This document shows, piece by piece, positions 41,196-55,310 of a stretch of DNA of 64,000 bases. The notes under the pieces are model-generated. The model saw nothing but the letters and a program-made list of their open reading frames with translations, was not told the origin of the DNA and made no database searches. A program made the position numbers and the translations under genes. Where the stretch lies: positions 281,170,001 to 281,234,000 of the forward strand of contig OZ024740.1 in assembly GCA_964016885.1 (NCBI GenBank), given 5' to 3'. Position 1 is the stretch's first letter, and the number at the start of each line of letters is the position of its first letter. The DNA is from Eledone cirrhosa. Taxonomy: Eukaryota.

Positions 41196-41559
41196 GTGGC
41201 GGCTTGATATTCATTTGGGCAAATGTTTTGGTTAAATAACGTCAATGACTGAGATTCATAATAATAATAATTGTTTCTACATTTGGCACAAGGCCAGCAA
41301 TTTGAAGGGAAGGAGAAAGTCAATTGAAATTGACCATAGTGTATTACTGGTGCTTTATTTTATCGACTCGGTAAGGATGAAAGGCAAAGCTAACCTCGGT
41401 GGGATTTGAACTAAGAACGTAAAGAGTTGAACAAACACTGCTGAACAAGAACATAGTCATAAAGAAACACAGAACTTGACTAGTACTAATTTTATGGGAC
41501 CTAGAGGTAACTTTTAGCAGTCTTAGTAAATATCAACTATCACAAACAATACAATAACG

Positions 41560-41613
<54 letters not shown>

Positions 41614-41614
41614 A

Positions 41615-41645
<31 letters not shown>
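41560..41645. repeat. (TAG)n microsatellite
   Basis: Direct reading; the window also has dozens of (TA)n, (CA)n, (TATG)n and (GA)n tracts. Confidence 0.95.
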
Positions 41646-42227
41646 GTAACATATACAGTACCTCTAAAGTATTTCTTAAATAGTTTTATATATTTATAAG
41701 ATTTTTAAAGAAATATTGTTGTTTATATATAGCATGTACATAGGATGCGGTCGTCGATGTGAGGAATAATTTCAGAACTGTGATTAGTGTTGTAGTTCCC
41801 TCTGCAATCTGGCAGAAAGTTAGGCTGTTCAATAAAAAAACAGAGTGAGTGATACATATCTTCCTTCCTTGTGCCTTCAGCTCCTGGTGGAATTGTGAGG
41901 GTGACATCGTGAATTTTTAAAGTTTCGGAGCCTGTCTTTCTTGGCCTGGCTACAACCGATTTCTTTTAGAAAGAGTGAGAGAGAGGCAGAGGAAGAGAGC
42001 GAACAGGAGAGGGAGAGAGAGAGTGGGGGGGGGGGACACGACTTTAGTGTTGGAAGACAAGATTAAACATGGTACACTTTGAAATTAGAGCGTAAGGAAC
42101 AGAAATTCTATCCGATACTATAAGGTTTTTGTCAATCTTTTGCACCTCCAATATTTCTCACTTACTGTATGTAACACAATGTATGTATGTATGTATGTAT
42201 GTATGTATGTATGTATGTATGTATGTA

Positions 42228-42339
<112 letters not shown>

Positions 42340-42642
42340 CATGTTTGTATGTTCTTCTGCTTTTATAATTTCACAAAGTTTTACCAATAGAGAGAGAGTC
42401 GGTTTCTAAGATAGACACAAGACTCTCTCATTAAAATTTACACAACATCAACTAGGTAGATATGTATGTATGCATGTATGTGTAGATATGGATGTTATTG
42501 TATGTGTGGATATGTATGTGTTGAGTTGTATGTGTGCATGTGTATATGCTTTGCATCTGTACATGTGTATATGCAGTTATTAGATGCAAAATATTTGGAA
42601 TGTTTTACATATTTTTACTGTTCCATTAATGGATTGTACTTG

Positions 42643-42925
42643 TCATTTCCTAACTAGTTGTGTTCTTTCTGTTCCTGTGAAGCCTAGCTTCTCAAGATTT
42701 GTATTGAGACAGCTACTAACATACCCCAGTGCCCGAATAATCACAGGCATAAATCTGAAGGTGTAATCAGGATGGAGTATCTGTAGATTTCTCATCAGTT
42801 CTGCATAAATATTCTCCTTTTCACTAATCTTTGATATTATATTGGCATCTGCTGGGCAGCTAATTTCCACTACTGTGCATGCTTTCTTCTTCCTGTTCCA
42901 TATCATAATATCTGGTCTGTTATAC
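42643..42925 (-). mobile_element. R4/Dong-like LINE restriction-like endonuclease fragment
   Basis: YNRPDIMIWNRKKKACTVVEISCPAD..ISEKENIYAEL...PVIIRALG (RPD..E..K..Y motif). Confidence 0.85.
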
Positions 42926-43726
42926 CTGTTATGTATGTATGCATGTATGTATGTATGCCGGATGCAATACAAGACCTGGCAAATGGCGGAGGAACTCAGC
43001 AGAGCCAACGGCTATGCAAATAGTACTTCTTTTTTTTCCACCTGGGAGTGAAAGGCCCCCAGTTCTTGTCACAACACCTTTCTAAGAGAGGGAAACTCTG
43101 AAAAAAATCTGCGGCCGCGGAAGCATCCGATGATGTTGACCAGTTTTCCTCTTCGGGTAGTGTTTTCGATGCTCAGAGAGTGGGATTGGTCGAGTGCAAG
43201 GCCTTTCCCCACTTAAAAAACCTTCAAAGCACAGGCATTGCTTGTTCAGGATATGTTACAGGTTTGTGTGCCTGGCCGTAGCCTAAAAGTGTACCATTTT
43301 CTGTAATCTTACAAGCGATTACAATACTCTTAGCAGAGTTTGCAGCCATCATTTATCTATGTATGTTTGTATGTATGTATGTATGTATATATGTATACGT
43401 TTGTATATATGTATGTATATGTGAAGGCACGTGGCTCAATATTTAAGGTAATCGTAATGTCATGAATTGGATTATCGGAGAAGGCAGTGCATTGTATCCT
43501 TCAGCAGACACTTTATTTCACGTTTGGCCAGTCCACTCAGCTGGCAAATATGAGTTGTACTTGTAATTCAAGGGAACAGTTTTGTTACACACTGTGTCGG
43601 TGAATCACCTTAATAAATACGTTGTGTATGTACGTCTATGTGGGATGCTAAAGCTCTAACACGTTAATTTCACGAGCGGCCAGTTCCGTTAATTGAATCA
43701 ACTGGATCACTTGTCTGAGAGCCTCC

Positions 43727-43772
<46 letters not shown>

Positions 43773-44472
43773 ATGTCTTCTTTTCTTGGATTTGTGTTAT
43801 AGAATTAAAAAAATAACGCTTCCTTAACTCATCATAGAGTCGTAGGAGCATTTCCTGACACACACAAGCAGCGAGTCATAGGTGTTTAAACCCTGGCGAT
43901 ACCAACCCCACTCTATGTCAGAGCAGAGCTGATTTCTTCAAGCGAAATAAAGACAGAGATGTATGAAAAGCAATAACGGGGAAGAATCGTTCCTAGAAAA
44001 GAGAAAATCGGCGGAATTCAACACTCTATCGTCTCTGCCAATTCGCAGCCTTTGTTTCAGATTTGTATTTAGATTATTCATCTTCTAGTTGGTAATATTT
44101 AAGAAACGTTGTATAAAATTAAAATAAATTTTGTCTGTTTATCCTCTAAGTATTATCACCTCAAGTGAACGTAGACATAGTTGAGAGGTTCAGCATTTAG
44201 CTGTGTAATCATGAAGTCAAGAGTTCAAAAACATTGCAAGACATCTTCGGAAGTTATTTTTTTATCATATCCTCAGCGTGCGGATATGTAAAACTGGGTA
44301 GAGAGAAACTCTGTATTTGTACCTCTAATCCAAACTTATCACATTTTGATTCGGTCCAGGAATTACGTTAAGTGAACACGTTGGTTTGTTTTCAGTTTAT
44401 TGAATGACTAAATCATCAAAAGTGATACAGGAACCACCATAATCAATGCTATTAAAATATGTTTTTCATGTT

Positions 44473-44534
<62 letters not shown>

Positions 44535-45170
44535 TATGTATATATATGTATGTATATATATATATATGTGTATATATATAGTATGTGGTAATATCTATAT
44601 ATGTACGTTAATGTATATTTATTCATGCATAAATGAGATGATATATTACAGATGTTAGAGAGTCGGATAAAATGACCGGCTGTGTTTGTTCCAGCTTTAT
44701 ACTCTTTGAGTTCACGTACTCCCAAGTTTAATTTTGAATAAATAAAATGCCAATCACTTACTGTTGTAGATTTGTCTCTTTCCCACTCTCCTTCTCTCAC
44801 GCACACACATAAACACACGCACACTCACACACATAAACACACGCACACTCACACACACACATATATAAACACACACATATATATATATATTTAATAAAAA
44901 GGACGATTCGTTATGTCTTCATTACGTTTATTAACTAGTGACTAATGACAAAATGAACATCTTAGGGAATAGAAAAAAATATATAACGATACACATTCAT
45001 TTGTGGTGGTCAGTTAAGGATTGTTTTGATTGGTGATTATACTAGAAGGAATGTTTGCGTAGGTGTGACAGGTGAGGAGAAGCATTATAATGAAGAGATC
45101 GTGAGAGAGGTAGTGGTGGAAAGCAATGTTGGTGTGAGTTTAGGGGTTGTGATGTTTTGGACGTTACAAT

Positions 45171-45217
<47 letters not shown>

Positions 45218-47354
45218 ATATATTATATATATATATATATACGTTATTCCGGGTTGAATCGGAGGTAACCACAGTAAGATGATTTCTAAAGAATGAAACA
45301 GTTCTAGTCCTGTAGAATCTCATCTCTAGTAAAATATATATATATATATATATATGCGAATTCAAGCGGCCGAAATGGGGTTCCAACCAAGGGTCCTTCG
45401 AATAACGTTACTTGATAGAGTGCTTAAACCGTAGATCAGAAAGTCGCTTCAGGTAGAGACGAACTGAACGAATACAGGTCTGATACTACGGGCGTATGGT
45501 TTGAATGTTTTGGGAATGAATCACTGGACAGATTTTACGGCCCAAACCAGCCGGCGGGAGACCCAAAAGTAGACACCGAGCAAGATGTTTAGATAAGATC
45601 TATGAGCTTGGCTGGTCTCGCTTGGGGATCCAGCCGGGTTAGGTGGAAACAGTTGTTTCTGACAGGACTCTCTTAACATCTATGTGTGCGGTAACGAATT
45701 GGTTGAGTCGTTAGAGACGATGGGTGGAATAGTTTTGGGGTATTCATTCCCGGTAATCGTGTTGCACTCTGAATTCAAATACGGCCGAGGTCATCGGTCC
45801 GCATGATCCACCAAAGGAATAAATGGGTGAAAAAGAAGAAATGTTTCTTGCCAATCAGACTACACACACGCGCGAACACACACATAAATTCATACATACA
45901 TGCATACAAACATACATACCTACATATATTTACGTGTTTTAGAATATTATTTCAAAGTTTAAAGGTGGGTAATTTAATGAGTTGAACCGCTGTTAGATTT
46001 ATATAATAGACAATTAATTATCTAAATATTATTTCTGATTACACTTATTTTAATTAATATGTTAAGAATGTACACTTAATTAAGGGATATTATATATATA
46101 TATATGGCCAATGTATATATGTGTGAGATGTATTTAAGAAAATTAGTACATTATAATGAAATATAATTTATTTAGTCCATTATTTTGAATAAATTAATAT
46201 AACTTGTTAATTCTGTATCAGTATATTTTATAGTATTTAAATAAATGAGTCGACCTAAACATTATTCGGATATTATGAATTAAATATCAGGATAAATAAT
46301 TGTTTCTACTGCTGGCACAAGGCAGCAATTATCCCAGTGTATTACTAGTACTTTATTTTATCGATCCCGTAAGGATGAAAGGCAAAGTTAACCTCGGCGG
46401 GATTTGAACTCAGACGATAAAGGGCCGTAACTCTTTGCTGCAAAGCATGGCGTTCGACCCTCTACCGATAGTGCCAATCCACCAAATAATATTTCAAGTG
46501 TATGGACATAGTTGAATATATTTGCTAAACTTTTATCTGCTATATCCTCTGAAATTTTCAAAATGATGGCACCAATAGAATTAAGGACCCCATCAATTAT
46601 ATTTAAGTAATCATTATTATTAATGTCAGTGGATTGGCAGTATCGGTAGAGGATTGGACGCCATGCTTTGAAGCATAGAGTTACGTCCCTTTACGATCTG
46701 AGTTCAAATCCCGCCGAGGTTGACTTTGCCTTTCATCCTTACGGGGTCGATGAAATAAAGTACAAGTAATGCACTGGGTAATTGCTGGCCTTGTGCCTAA
46801 AGTAGAAACAATTATTATTAATGTCAGAAGTTAGATGAGGTAGTATATTAATTGAACAAATATATCATATAATCTAAATAATATTAATAAGGATTCATTA
46901 TCAGGTAAAGTGTTATATGAAGTAAAGCTTGTTAATTGACGTTGTGTTTATAATGATCATATCATTGCATTGAGCTGAAAGATACTTAGAAAACGAGTAA
47001 AATTTACTCCCATTAATATTACTATTATTGAGGGCGGTGGATTGGCAGTATTGGGAGAGGGTCGGACGCCATGCTTTGACGTATAGAGTTACGGCCCTTG
47101 CCATTCTGAGTTCAAATACCGCTGAGGTTAACTTTGCCTTTCATCCTTACGGGGTCGATAAAATAAAGTACCAGTAATGCACTGGTTAATTGCTGGCCTT
47201 GTGCCTCACGTAGAAACAATTAATATTACTATTATATATATAGTATGAATATAAATATATTGGGTAGTCAAGTATGAAATTTGTAGAAATATGTGGAAAA
47301 AAAAAGATCTCTACAAATGTCATTCTTGACGACCTAATATATATATATATATAA

Positions 47355-47404
<50 letters not shown>

Positions 47405-50400
47405 GTGTGTGTATCCAACACTCGAAACTTTTAAATACTGTGTAAATTTACATTACACCTCAAGTCAAGTCCCTCTTCCTATTACCAATCATACTGACTA
47501 TATTTCTTCCTAAGTAAATCATATTTCACCCCCCTTTCTACACATGCTACCTATTGCTTGGTCAACCTTCAAAATAATGGGAGGAAAGTTATAAGACAGG
47601 CAGAATGATAAGAATGTAAAATATAAAATATTGTTAGCTAGAACAATACTGTTAGCTAGAAATAAATGTGTGTGTGAAAGAGAGAGAGAGAGAGTAAGCG
47701 AATGAACGAATGAAAGGGAACATGTAAAATACAAGAACAAAGCGGAAATGAAACGGGACATGTAAGAGGGTGCAAAAAATGGAATGAAATGAATGATCGG
47801 GAATGAGGGACCGAAAGAGAAAGAGAGAAAAAGAAAGAAAGAGAACGGGAGAGAAGGATAGAGAAAGAATAAAGAGTGAATGCATCAAACGGAAAGTGCA
47901 AGAAAGTGTGAGTGAGGGAAAGAATTGTTGTGATCAATAACATTTGCCTGTATCGTCTGCCTATCTCTGTTTTCAAACCATATCAGTTGATCTAAATGTT
48001 GACTGTTTCGGTATTTAGCGGCATGCCAGTGAAATAAATGTTTCGTGAACAAGAAATTATTTATTCCTCTAACACACCACTGAATTTCAAACAATCAGAA
48101 TTGATGTCACCTTACAAGAAACCCAACGTGGAAATAGCAGCCAAATCATCTTCAAATTTCCCACTACTACTGTGGTAAATAAATATTGGGCAGAGTAATT
48201 TCTAACGCGCAATGTTCACAACTTATATGCCTGTTTGCTCATGGCTGATTTATTTTAAATGTTTATACAAAACTAGCTTCTGGATATTCATAAGCTGTAA
48301 TAAATTACGGCTTATGAAAGAATCCAACCCATTATAATTGGTTGTAATTCAATTATTCCTTAATCGTGTCTCAAATAATATATGCATTCTGTGGCATGTG
48401 TATAATATATATAAGCTTAAATGTGTCCTTTTGTGTAGATTGAATATATTTATTCATATGTGTTGCATTATAAGGTTAATAGTTATGAATCAAATAAATA
48501 AATACGGTGTATTTATATTACAACGATTTTATTTCGTTTTCGTTATTGTATCTATGAACTTTAGATTTTCCCACATGGAAATGGAAATGTGCTATACAAT
48601 ATGTCATTTTTGCTAATATATAAGCTTCAATAGTTTTTGCATGTACCTAAAAAGACTTTTAAAAGTATTTCCCAGTGTCCAAAAAGACGAGACAGCAAAT
48701 TGATAAAGACAACATGCTTTGAGAAACATTTATCTAATGAATACATCACATAGACATTTGCTGCATAAACAACTGGCGGTTATTGAATACTAACAGTTTA
48801 CTGCATGATGCATGTATTCAAAGAAGTCAATGGGGTACACTTCCCTATATGACGTATTTTCAATAGATTAGATTTAAAGACACTGATGTTTTACCTTGTC
48901 AAATTAAAACAGGTTTGAAAACAACAGCCGTTAACGACATAAATTTGGAATCGGAATTACATGGACGAAATTACAAGCTGCAAGATTTGTTCTGGTGCTC
49001 CATTGTCTCTGCGCCTCTATCTAAGATTCTTAAGATCGGTTTTCTTTTCTCATTACTTACAAGGAATATTTTTTAATAATTATATTCTGAAGTTGAAAGT
49101 AAAGATACTTGACATGTCTGCAGGGGTACTGTAGTGCTTATTTTATCGATATAACTAACAGCTTAGTTTGTTAGTAATCTTTAAAGATAATTTTGACATT
49201 TTACTCTATTCGAAGACTCATTCCACATTATTGCGTCTGCAGTCACTAAAACCAAGCAACGTACAGCATGTGATAAGTTCCCATCAAGCTGACTGCACTG
49301 CATAGGTTTGATTTCCTGTTTGGATCTAATTAAAATAACTTATTTTATTAGTCCACTAGAACGTCATACATTCCCATCATTTGTGTGTCATTTTACTTAA
49401 GTAACATCCATTCAGAGCCAACGAAATAATTTCGGAGATTGCAGATGAATGTAATCGATTCTTATTTGAGAGTGTTACTAACATGCTCATCCAATGTTTG
49501 GTTACTTGTGTGCATAAGAATTCGTGTGAATAAAACTCAAAAACTTAGGATATATATTTGCAAATATCTGTCAATATTTCGATGAGAAAAAATTCAGATC
49601 AGCGTGGTTATCAGAAGCTGTAATACTTCTAACTAAACCTTGTACAGTTATTTATAATGTAGAAATCCTTAAATCATTTCGAGAATTGAATATATCAGAA
49701 CGATTTTTTAATTGTGTGTGTGTTGTGAGTGTGTGCTTCAATGGCAACGATAATTATTCCAATTATAATTACGTCAATTAATTATTTAATTACTTTACTC
49801 TACTAGACTCAATGACCTAAAACTTTCACAGCACTAGAGAGAAAGAAAATAATAACACACCACAAAACCTTCCACGTCCCAACCACGTACGCAACTGTAA
49901 ATCTATAGTTAAGCTTTGGTAGATTTTAACTGCTTTTCTGGAGGGCAAATATGCTGACCCTATCTTACAGTTCACCAGTATGATCAACACCAAACAAAGA
50001 CATTACAATTTCTATAACCCTGACCACAATGGCTGCTTGTGTGGCCTTGGGATCAGATTGCACGACACTGTAAAAAATGCTAAACTGTTTCGGAATATAT
50101 CGTCAATATATCATATTTGTGCAGAGGATTTTATGGCAAGAATGTCAAACTGAGGCTCTCTCGAGAGCCACATGGGTCACATATGTGTTGTCTAAAGGCA
50201 CGACAACTAATTACGCATATTACAACTAATTTTACGAAAGTAAAACATGCTCGCGTTGTAAAAACCTTTGTGGGGGTCGCAAATATGCTTGTAAAAGACC
50301 GCATGCGGCACGCGGGTCACAATATCAGTCTTAAAGTGTAGTAATTCAGAAAGACGTATATTTGTGCCATAATATCAGTGCTAAAGTGTAGTAATTCAGG

Positions 50401-52213
50401 AAGACGTATATTTGTGTAAATGTTTTATATATAGAATTCATTCAACAAATTATATTATGAAATATATGCTTTCAACTTGAAAAGCGTTATGCCTGAAAAA
50501 TCAAAGACAATACTAATATATCAGCGTTCCCGTTAGCATTCTGGTGATGTTTAAGAAAACTTTTTAATATGATTTAATTTCTTATAAAAGGCAGACATGA
50601 CATGCACCTTTTCTAAAGAACATTTCAATAAAGTTCCGGAAATGTATCGAAAGAAATACTGTTCTGGATGAAATGAGGTAGAACATTTAATTCGCTCGTC
50701 TTTAAGGGAAAATATTAAAATGTAAAGGTGTCAAATGGAAACGAATATATTTTCTGGTTTTGAATTCAGAGAGCTTACATATTGCTCTAAAGCAATTGCC
50801 ATTAATTTCTTAAATATAAAGTTTTATATGATGGTTAATAAAAGTGTTGTTTTTATAATAATGCAAGTGTTTTATAATAATGCAAGTGTTGTTTTTATAA
50901 TAATGCAAGCAACGTCTTCATATTTATATAAAAATAGATTTTTAGAAAATATATTATCATATATTCATTATGTAGTCATATACATGTAAAGTATGGAGGC
51001 GGATGTAAATATTTTAATCCAAGATATTTTCCAAAGAACACTTTTACATTTTCCAAAATTTATACTACATAAAATAAATACAAAATAAGAGAAAGTAAAT
51101 GTTTTAAATATACTAAATATTTCTAAAGTATTAGTAAAAATCAGCAAATAAATGAAATGCAGCAAATACGTACTATGAAATATCTACGTTGATATTTATT
51201 TGAATAGCATTTTCAAAATATTTAGATAGTAAGTAAAGTTCTGAAATTTCAAACAATGACTATGTCAAGGGATATTGATCACTAAAATACGCTTAATAAA
51301 ATATATAAAAGCAAAATGAAAATGAGCAATAGACCCACCTACTTTAACACAAACACACACACATACATACGCAACGCACACACTTGAACACACTTAATTA
51401 TGAGTGTGTGTAGGCAAGGACACGTTAGCGATCTTCAGATTCCACTGAAGTCTAGCTTTCCAGAAATTTTTCCTGTCTAGTCTTATTCTAAACTATGTAG
51501 ATTACAATATATCGATATCATTACATACCTCAGTAAATCAATAAGTATGGAATTCAGAATTCAGATTCAAGTTACAGTTTCAAGAAATTCCTTATGAATT
51601 TTCAGGATTAGAGAGATTATTAATCAGAAATATCACTGAACATTATATTACATATTACTCTATTTAGTATGTTATGCTTCGTAGTAGAAATGAACACTCA
51701 CCAATGAAATAGATATGTTTATAATTCTATTGTCACTAACATTCTCTAATATTTTTCTGTCGTCTTGACGACAGATTTACTTAAGGAACTGTTAGTTCAA
51801 CACCCAACCACCATTATTTTTGCCTGAATGATCATTGCCTCTACTTCATTGTTTATTTAGCCATAATATCGTACATATATATATATATTCAAGTAACTTC
51901 ATGAAAAAATAGGTCAATAATGCATTGCCATGTAAAGTTCCCGATTCTTAGTCAATACTTGATCTCTTATATCTGGAAGCCAGGCCAATATAGGAAGATG
52001 TCAATCAAATGCTTTGCTGAAAGTATCTTCTATATCAGTATTCAATTCCCATAACTTTATTATATATCAAAAACACGCTCAATTGTTTTAAACGCCAAAC
52101 AAAATATATCGATATATTAGAGGTGATATTTAATCAGTGAACTGTAAAGCGTTTAGCCATACTTCTTTTCCTTCAATTACATACATATTGCAGTCCCTCC
52201 ATGTTTATATATA

Positions 52214-54321
52214 TATAGCGAGGATACTGGGTGTATGAATGTAACAAAACGAGACATTGTTTGTGTATATAATATTTAATTAACGGTAGATAGAATACTT
52301 GACATGTCAAAGATAGATGTTAGAATGAAACAAAGTTAGTAGTTACCGTTTTGATTGCCAGGCAAACGCGGCTGGCAGAGGGCGCCTGGCTAAGGCCAGG
52401 CGCCTGTTGGCCAAATTAATGGCAGAGCCAAATGAGAAGACTCTTGACCTGGTGCCGAAAAGGCAAAGAGAGAGAGGAAGCTTAAAGTTGTTAGTTTTAT
52501 AGGGCTCTGACCGGAAGTCGTAGAAAGGGTTCCACCTCCCGTCTAGATCCCAATCAAAACAAGGGAGACAACCGCTACATAACCTCCCGCCAGAATTTTA
52601 GTGTATAAAAATCGAAATGAAAATATGTAGCAAGTTGGCGAGAATGTTGTAACAGGCATGAAAATTACGACAAAAGAATGTTTGGAAAAAATCAATGATA
52701 GATATCAAGGTAGCCAACCGCTCTTGGCCAGAGAACGACTGGACATCCATCTATCCATCACCCAAAGATACAATGTAATAAAGTAAAAGTAATAGAAGAG
52801 CTCAAAGTTCAAAATATAGTTCACAGGTGTGCAATCACATGACAGCAGGAAAGAAAGTGTGTTCCAGAGAATGAATGCAGGTGGTTTCTGTTCTGTGGTA
52901 TATCGTGAAATTTTCCAACCTCCGAATGGATTTTCTCACAGGAAGAGTGCTGCAAAAATGAATTCTCTGGCTTTGGTGAAGCTGTATTGATGTATTGCTG
53001 TTGCTGTTATATTGCTGTTGCTGCTGCTGTTGTCTCGCTGAGTGAGCGTATTCGGTGTTTAAATTCACAGTAAAAAAATTTTTTTTTAGAAAAAAATGAG
53101 TTGCGCAAAGTGCTAGAAAAAGCAGCCGAAGTTGATGGTCGATGTTGAGAATGCGTTGACCTGGAAGGGTCAAGAGGCCAGCGACCAGAGAAATAAGCAT
53201 TCTTAATAAATGCGCGGTTATCAACGGTAAATTTACATTGTAAATTTATAAACCGGCAAATAGAAGAATATAGCTTAAGGCTGAAGAATCCTTGGGGGAG
53301 AAATGCTATCTCTGGCGTGCGGCTGTCTGTGAGTAGAGACATCTCAGTGAATCGAGAATTTATGCTGCCTACACGTGCCAATACAAGGTTGAAAAAAAAT
53401 ATTTCTAACGCGCGAGAAAATGATAGTGCAATTTTGAAAGTGACAATGATGAAAAAGAAAGGCTTCACTCAGCATAATTATAGGTGTGAACTTTGGAAAA
53501 AAACAAAAAACTTGAACGATGAAGAAAACGATGAACAAAAGGCAATGGTTCATCGAAAATAAATGTTCCTGTTGAAATGTTTTTTAAAGAATATCAAATT
53601 TCTTTTTTTTTTTGTGTGTTTTGAAAGAGTTCGTTGTAAGAAACGAGAAACATATATATATATCGTGAAATGTTTTTTTTTGTTTTGAAAGTGTTCGTTG
53701 TAAGAAACGAGAAACATATATATATATATTGGTGAAATGCGACAGTTAATTGATGCGTGAGAGAAAAAGTATGTCTGTGCGAATTCCACATGTGCGTGTG
53801 TGCGTGTCCTTGAGTATTTTCATAGTTTGTCGCTAAATTTGCTGTGTATTCGTAATGTTACTCACAAAACCAGATGTGCTATTTTTTTATTTTTTGGGGG
53901 GGTGACCCTTATAGCGATGAACGACTGCGTGTTCGTATCACGTCAGGGTTACCAATATAGCGAGGATACTGGGTGTATGAATGTAACAAAACGAGACATT
54001 GTTTGTGTATATAATATTTAATTAACGGTAGATAGAATACTTGACATGTCAAAGATAGATGTTAGAATGAAACAAAGTTAGTAGTTACCGTTTTGATTGC
54101 CAGGCAAACGCGGCTGGCAGAGGGCGCCTGGCTAAGGCCAGGCGCCTGTTGGCCAAATTAATGGCAGAGCCAAATGAGAAGACTCTTGACCTGGTGCCGA
54201 AAAGGCAAAGAGAGAGAGGAAGCTTAAAGTTGTTAGTTTTATAGGGCTCTGACCGGAAGTCGTAGAAAGGGTTCCACCTCCCGTCTAGATCCCAATCAAA
54301 ACAAGAGAGACAACCGCTACA
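52214..54321 (-). mobile_element. Non-autonomous LTR retrotransposon (Gypsy-like, tRNA-Trp primed)
   Basis: 366-bp LTRs 52214-52579 and 53956-54321 with one difference seen; termini TGTAGCG..CGCTATA; PBS TGGTAACCCTGACGTGAT (53937-53954); PPT-like GGCGGGAGG beside the 3' LTR; TATA flanks; ~1.38-kb interior without pol. Confidence 0.92.
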
Positions 54322-54471
54322 TATATAACGGAGGAAATGTGGTAAGGAACCAGGTGGTTAGTCCAGAATTAGCCGTCGAAACGGCTTGAGCTCAGCCGTC
54401 GGGGTCATACTCGTTCCTATATATATATATATATATATATAAGTGGTAACACAACAGTTAGTTCACCATAC

Positions 54472-54509
54472 TGAGAACAATTGTTTCACCTTAGCCGATC
54501 TTCAGCTCA
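54472..54509 (-). ncRNA. Minimal type I hammerhead ribozyme (left arm of palindrome 54441-54602)
   Basis: Reverse complement: TGAG CTGAAGA TCGGCTAAGGT GAAA CAATTG TT CTCA. Confidence 0.65.
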
Positions 54510-54532
54510 TACTGGTCATGGTTATACGGGTA

Positions 54533-54570
54533 CGATCTGAAGATCCGCTAAGGTGAAACAATTGTTCTCG
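54533..54570 (+). ncRNA. Minimal type I hammerhead ribozyme (right arm)
   Basis: CGAT CTGAAGA T CC-GCTAA-GG T GAAA CAATTG TT CTCG. Confidence 0.65.
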
Positions 54571-54945
54571 GTATGGTGAACTAACTGTTGTGTTACCACT
54601 TCTATCTAACTCGTCCCATGTACTGAGTGCTCTACCACTACGGATATTATCTTCCAGTATTCTACTTCTCTCTCTCTCTTTATATATACACTCACTCACA
54701 TACATGCATGCATATATATATCAGGATTGAAAAAAAGACGAAGACAGAGATGAAAAACCTTTAGTTTCACAATGGGTGGAAAAGAAAGAAGAACTTCTCG
54801 AACGTTACTCCTTCATCAAAATGAGTAACATTAGGAAAAAGAGATGGTAGAAATGTTGAAGAAAAAAGTGTTTATTAGAATAGGCGTGTGGGTTGGTGTG
54901 CCGAGGTCGTCGCCAAATATCCGGATCTATCAATGGTACTGATAT

Positions 54946-55310
54946 GTGTATGCGGATGTTGTGCATTTGGGCAGTGTGTGCGTTGCTTATATAGGATTAA
55001 CCGCATGTGACTTCAAGACCCGGCTATACCAACACAGACATACCTTCCGAAACCCGACCCGGCGTCACGCCACCACACTTTCGGGCCACATCTGGGACCT
55101 CAAGGATAACAATATTACCTATGATCTCACTTGGAGCTTACTGTCCAGAGTCAACTCTTACACGGGAGGACGCCGTCCGTGCAATTTATGCTCGGAGGAA
55201 ACTTTACAAATGGTGTTTTCGACGGACCAACTCCTAAACAAGAAAGACGAACTGGTAACTGCATGCAAACACAGATTGCGTAGGACTTACCTCGCCCTCA
55301 AACCCCATAA
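54946..55310 (+). mobile_element. Penelope-like element GIY-YIG endonuclease fragment
   Basis: AYIGLTACDFKTRLYQHRHTF..TTLSGHIWDLK..CNLCSEE..LLNKKDELVTACKH; same subtype as 6820-7490. Confidence 0.88.

Larger units (their letters stand above)
40590..41963 (-). pseudogene. Possible decayed ZU5/UPA-domain gene exons
   Basis: Polypyrimidine tract + AG, then KTGSETLKIHDVTLTIPPGA (ZU5-like); downstream ICQHLSQFTVE and GFNRSYEEPGHVYM; frameshifts and stops. Confidence 0.4.

Noticed and set aside
42975-43105. Possible HDV-like ribozyme at an RTE-like 5' UTR (GACCTGG...CCAGTTC pairing)
   Set aside because: Could not fit P3/L3/P1.1 of the nested double pseudoknot by eye
52835-53562. ORFs inside the LTR element as gag
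   Set aside because: No convincing gag, zinc-knuckle or protease motif
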